Of a DNA stretch of 64,000 nucleotides, positions 60,901 to 64,000 are shown in pieces (position 1 is the stretch's first letter; every line of letters begins with the position of its first letter). The stretch spans positions 78,293-142,292 of the forward strand of contig JBDGQO010000003.1 in the NCBI GenBank assembly GCA_042219045.1, read 5' to 3'. The notes beneath the pieces are model-generated. The model had not been told where the DNA came from. It was given only the letters and a program-made list of their open reading frames with translations, and searched no databases. Origin of the DNA: Candidatus Bipolaricaulia bacterium. Its GTDB lineage: Bacteria; Bipolaricaulota; Bipolaricaulia; RBG-16-55-9. The position numbers were made by a program, and so were the translations under genes.

Positions 60901-61496
60901 AGATCACCGCGGCGCTCTTGCGCGCCCGCGACCGGGAGCAACTCCGCGAGCTGGCCACCCGCGACGCGCTGACGGGGGCGTACAATCGGCACTACCTGAA
61001 CGAGTTTCTGCAACACGAGCGCGAGCGCTCGGAGCGCTATGCCCATCCCTTGTCGTTGGTGATGGTCGACATCAACGGCTTCTACGAGGTCAACGATCGC
61101 TACGGCCACGCCGAAGGCGATCGCGTCCTGCGCGAGCTGGCCCAGCTGTTGATCCACAACGTTCGGCTCCCCGATCGGGTCGTCCGCTACGGCGGCGACG
61201 AGTTCGTCATCGTCATGCCCGAAACCCAGGAGGACGATGCCCGTGAGGCCATGGCACGGATCGAGCAGCTCGTTGATGCATGGGATCCCGGCCTCGAGGA
61301 GGTGACGATCGGCTTCAGCTTCGGTATCGCCAGCTGGACGCCGGACAGCCTCAAGCAGCCGGAGGAGATCTTGAACGAGGCGGACGCGTTCATGTACCGT
61401 CGGCGGTCGGGCGTTCAGCAACGTCGGGCGCACAAACGCGAGATCTCGCAAGCCCAAGCATACGATGATTCCGACAACTTCACCGGCCCAGCCTAA
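57951..61496 (+). CDS. Multi-GAF diguanylate cyclase (about 6 GAF domains plus GGDEF)
   Basis: Repeated GEGLAG/GVTGWV...SELAVP...GVLNLES...FDEED GAF motifs; RDALTG, NDRYGH, RLPD I-site, YGGDEF, ADAFMY; start may be 57912, 57951 or 57963. Confidence 0.9.
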   Translation: MEATMDDLKPLLQPIVDQAARLLDITDAGLYVYDAERHALQLVVDHSDVYRDDITGLELAVGEGLAGQAVESGKTAATPDYQSIERRPEIYRDMPWQSAMSVPLTADGEMLGALSVADPSGNRMFTERDEELVQVFAEQAALTLSHAQKLTQEQRWSRALHRLNELSQQWLQSHTDRDALLENVLDAGVELLACYGGGLYLYDAERGELELTVLRQHRAETSRQGLRIQLGEGVAGRAAETGQPEAVSDYERWHRRSSQWVGYEIRSVIGVPLYAGDRLIGAMSIYDREPHDFDADDVKIAEVLGEQAAIAIQRASMADLNRRLQEIAAQMLRTTEQSGLDDVLESVTQALVDYSPFRVAATSVFAQTTPLDHPEPPDVWNVHVVGLSPDQEAELRRHTERGEVIANRQILERGQVVGQGYYVSPQALPEAASAGVPVGDAPDADAAGSTWGPYDTFVYFVMLGGRAIGRITLSDPVHGLIPSRAELEPVESFVKTAAVAVQQARYQTRLRVLYRITRELGAKASTAGLYDDLLGLTQELIRYDYAAILRLEPEGLALKAQAGHVSCPYSVGTSIPIQEGVTGWVARHGSSQLLADVNEDDRFIQGSVQMGSELAVPIQTGDVILGVLNLESRRTQAFDEEDRELLETLADQLAVAISNLERRERLQAFQTRLHSIYGLTERLSRIEDLDDLYAQAVGLIHDNFRYDYVVLLTLEGDRLVPRGLRSKLPEAELIDENFRQLAPDRGLTGWAARHRQAVLVNDIAHSEHYIPGHPDIQAELAVPIVESGQVLGVLNIESTQTDAFSRDDRQLLEALARQLGVAMRSLQRRTRVEELNDFLRELNEIEGVNALLERVLKRVISLLQPKAEGGSVMFYDESSDQFVFRAMVGRDIEQLRDITFRPSELDALLNADGPTFLTASDQRTHPATEQFRAEGATLPASTLSLPIRERESGQAIAILHVNNFHEEGIFDDSDADVLLQLSEEITAALLRARDREQLRELATRDALTGAYNRHYLNEFLQHERERSERYAHPLSLVMVDINGFYEVNDRYGHAEGDRVLRELAQLLIHNVRLPDRVVRYGGDEFVIVMPETQEDDAREAMARIEQLVDAWDPGLEEVTIGFSFGIASWTPDSLKQPEEILNEADAFMYRRRSGVQQRRAHKREISQAQAYDDSDNFTGPA

Positions 61497-61510
61497 CCGC
61501 GACGGTTGCC

Positions 61511-62377
61511 ATGGGCGTTGAGATCCGCCCGCTCCAGACGCTTGAGGACTTACACGCCTGCGAGGCCCTGCAACAGCGAATCTGGGGCTTCAACGATCGC
61601 AGCGTCGTGCCGCACCACCTGCTGCGGACGTCGATCGACAACGGCGGTTTGCTCCTCGGCGCCCTCGATGGCGACGACGCCGTCGGCTTCGTCTTCAGCT
61701 TCCCCGGCTACGATGATGTCGCCGACCGTTGGAAACACTGCTCGCTCATGTGCGGGGTCCTGCCCGAGCGCCAGTATGAGGGCCTCGGCTTCCGCCTCAA
61801 GCAGGCCCAATGCGACGCCGTTCGGGCACAAGGCCTGGAGCTGATCACCTGGACGTTCGACCCGCTGCAGAGCCTGAACGCTTATTTCAACCTGGGCAAG
61901 TTGGGCGCGATCGCCCGCCGCTACGAGCGCAACATCTACGGCGACATCCGCGACCATATCAATCAAGGGCTCAAAACGGATCGGTTCACGGCCGAGTGGT
62001 GGCTTGGGAGCCCGCGCGTCACGACGAGCTTGGAACGCCCGTCTGCCCCCACGATGGATCCGCCCGCCGAAGGCCAGTGCGTCAATCGCGTGGAATGGAC
62101 GGACCCCGGGTATCCGGCCAACGCGGAGATCGTGCTCGATCTCGACGACGATCCTCTCTGGGTTGAGATCCCCTCGGCCGTCAACGCCATCAAACGGGAC
62201 GATCTGGCGCTGGCCCAGCGCTGGCGCTCCGAGACCCGTGAGATGTTCGAGTACGCGTTCCAACGGGGCTTCATCGCGGAGTCATGCGTGACCACCGCAC
62301 TCCATGGCCGACCCCGGAGCTGGTATCGCTTGACCCGAACGTCGCCGGAAGCACTGCTGGATCGCCCGCGCAGCTGA
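61511..62377 (+). CDS. GNAT-family acyltransferase, probable amino-acid N-succinyltransferase
   Basis: LQQRIWG, GLGFRLKQAQ, WTFDPLQSLNAYFNLGKLG, TDRF, WR..TR motifs; adjacent to OSBS/NSAR. Confidence 0.8.
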   Translation: MGVEIRPLQTLEDLHACEALQQRIWGFNDRSVVPHHLLRTSIDNGGLLLGALDGDDAVGFVFSFPGYDDVADRWKHCSLMCGVLPERQYEGLGFRLKQAQCDAVRAQGLELITWTFDPLQSLNAYFNLGKLGAIARRYERNIYGDIRDHINQGLKTDRFTAEWWLGSPRVTTSLERPSAPTMDPPAEGQCVNRVEWTDPGYPANAEIVLDLDDDPLWVEIPSAVNAIKRDDLALAQRWRSETREMFEYAFQRGFIAESCVTTALHGRPRSWYRLTRTSPEALLDRPRS

Positions 62378-62424
62378 CAGGCGTTTGTTCCCGTTCCGAC
62401 CCCATCGCCTACAATGAAGCCACT

Positions 62425-63534
62425 GTGAGAATCGAGCGCGTCGAACTGCGCCATATCGAGATGCCGCTCGTCAGTCCCTTCGAGACGAGCTTTGGCCGGG
62501 AACTGAATCGCCAAGCGATCCTGACGAGCGTCGAGTCCGAAGGAGCGATCGGATGGGGCGAGTGCGTGGCGAGTGCGTCGCCGGGCTATTCCTACGAGAC
62601 CGTCCAAACGGCCTGGCACGTGCTGCGTGACTTCCTCGTTCCCCAGCTCCTGAGCCATCCCTTGGACCAGCCCTCGGACGGCCCTGACCGCTGGGCGGCC
62701 GTGCGCGGCCATCCGATGGCGAAGGCCAGCCTGGAAGCGGCCGTCTGGGACGCCTACGCCCGGCTTCACGGCGTGTCGCTCAAGGAAACACTTGGCGGCG
62801 AGGCGAGCCGAATTCCGAGCGGCATCAGCCTCGGCATTCAGCCGTCGGTGGACGCGCTGCTTGATCGGATTGACGAGGCAATCCAGGCCAACTATCGCCG
62901 TGTTAAGCTGAAGATCAAGCCGGGGTGGGACGTTGAGATGCTGGAGCGCGTCCGACAGCGCTTTCCGGAACTCGATCTGATGGTCGATGCCAATGCCGCC
63001 TATGCCTCGACCGATCAACAACGGCTCCGGGCGCTCGATGCGTTCGGCCTCATGATGATCGAGCAGCCCTACGCCGAGGACGACCTCGTGGAGCACAGCC
63101 GACTCCAGGACGTCGTGTCCACGCCGATCTGCCTTGACGAAAGCTTGTCGAGCCCCCACGGCGTTCAGCAGGCGCTCGAGTTGGACAGCTGCCGGATCGT
63201 CAACGTCAAGCCGGGGCGGGTCGGGGGGCTCACGAACGCGCGCCGCATCCACGACCTTTGCCACGAGCGAGGCGTTCCCGTCTGGTGCGGCGGCATGCTC
63301 GAGACGGGCATCGGGCGGGCGCACAACGTCGCGCTGGCATCGCTGCCCGGCTTCACGTTGCCGCATGACCTCTCCGCCAGCGAGCGCTATTATGATCGGG
63401 ATGTGATTGAGCCGCCGTTCGAGCTGAACGCCGATGGCACGTTGAGCGTTCCGGAAGGACCCGGCATCGGCGTTGAAGTCCAACGGGATCGGATCGACGA
63501 GGCGACGCGGGAGCGAGCCGTCTTCCAACCATGA
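62425..63534 (+). CDS. menC: o-Succinylbenzoate synthase / N-succinylamino acid racemase (enolase superfamily)
   Basis: PFETSFG, GWGE, KLKIKPG, DAN, EQP, LDES, NVKPGRVGG, WCGGMLETG; GTG start. Confidence 0.88.
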   Translation: MRIERVELRHIEMPLVSPFETSFGRELNRQAILTSVESEGAIGWGECVASASPGYSYETVQTAWHVLRDFLVPQLLSHPLDQPSDGPDRWAAVRGHPMAKASLEAAVWDAYARLHGVSLKETLGGEASRIPSGISLGIQPSVDALLDRIDEAIQANYRRVKLKIKPGWDVEMLERVRQRFPELDLMVDANAAYASTDQQRLRALDAFGLMMIEQPYAEDDLVEHSRLQDVVSTPICLDESLSSPHGVQQALELDSCRIVNVKPGRVGGLTNARRIHDLCHERGVPVWCGGMLETGIGRAHNVALASLPGFTLPHDLSASERYYDRDVIEPPFELNADGTLSVPEGPGIGVEVQRDRIDEATRERAVFQP

Positions 63535-64000
63535 GCCGCGTCCAGAAGACCGTCGGCACTGTCCTCCGCGTGGTCGACTACAGCGACACTGACCAGATCG
63601 TGTCGGTTTTGACCCCGGATCGCGGGAAACTCTCGTTCATGGCGAAGGGCGCGCGGAAGTCGACCAAGCGGTTCGGCGGGGCGCTCGACCTGCTGACTCG
63701 GAGCGAGTTCGTCTACTACGATCGCTCGGGGCTGAAGGCGCTCAACCAGGCGACGCTCGTCGATGCCCATACGGCGCTACAGTCCGACTATGACCGGCTG
63801 ACGACGGCGCTGCGCTGCGCCCGCACGGTCCATCGTCTGCTCGAGGAGGACCAAGAGGCCCTGGACGTCTTTGAGCTCTTTGAACGCCTCTTGGCAGCCC
63901 TGGCCGATGAGGCCAATACCGAGGCCTTGCCCGTCTACGAGCTGGCCTTCAAGCTGAAGCTCATGCTGCGCCTCGGCTGGGCACCCATCCTCGACGTCTG
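63531..64000 (+). CDS. recO: DNA repair protein RecO (truncated by window end)
   Basis: Translation MSRVQKTVGTVLRVVDYSDTDQIVSVLTPDRGKLSFMAKGARKSTKRFGGAL...FKLKLMLRLGWAP; ATGA overlap with menC. Confidence 0.9.
   Translation, partial: MSRVQKTVGTVLRVVDYSDTDQIVSVLTPDRGKLSFMAKGARKSTKRFGGALDLLTRSEFVYYDRSGLKALNQATLVDAHTALQSDYDRLTTALRCARTVHRLLEEDQEALDVFELFERLLAALADEANTEALPVYELAFKLKLMLRLGWAPILDV

Overview
A GC-rich, gene-dense bacterial chromosomal window made almost entirely of housekeeping genes; I found no tRNA, rRNA, CRISPR array, IS element or prophage. Gene order: tatA-sucC-S55 peptidase-murF; lspA-tmk-dnaN; a partial dcw cluster (murD-ftsW-murG-murC-murB-ftsQ-ftsA-ftsZ); yraN-comM-bamA-skp-skp-fabZ; ftsL-ftsI; trpEGDC; recA-recX; a small outer-membrane barrel; a beta-propeller protein; DUF5693-csaB-rsmH; SPFH-tnaA; tpiA-mutM; CIRCE-hrcA-grpE-dnaK-dnaJ; rdgB; secG plus two peptide ABC ATPases; rqcH-rhomboid; deoC-upp; a SpoU methyltransferase; hutH-era; a six-GAF GGDEF protein; a GNAT-OSBS/NSAR pair; and partial recO. 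BamA/Skp together with HrcA/CIRCE, CsaB and acidic protein tails suggest a deep-branching, possibly halophilic diderm (Bipolaricaulota-like; inference only). The top finding is that trpE has no well-supported in-frame start. The only strong Shine-Dalgarno drives an out-of-frame 17-codon ORF containing GGT GGT CGA CTT TGG, which has the prfB frameshift-cassette layout with a Trp codon in place of the stop, and a +1 slip there lands in the TrpE frame. This is a candidate tryptophan-sensing programmed frameshift. Also notable are two apparently membrane-anchored, coiled-coil-stalked Skp paralogues in a bamA cluster lacking lpx genes, and a CRP-like palindrome over the recA promoter. All gene calls come from motif recognition by eye; no database searches were run.
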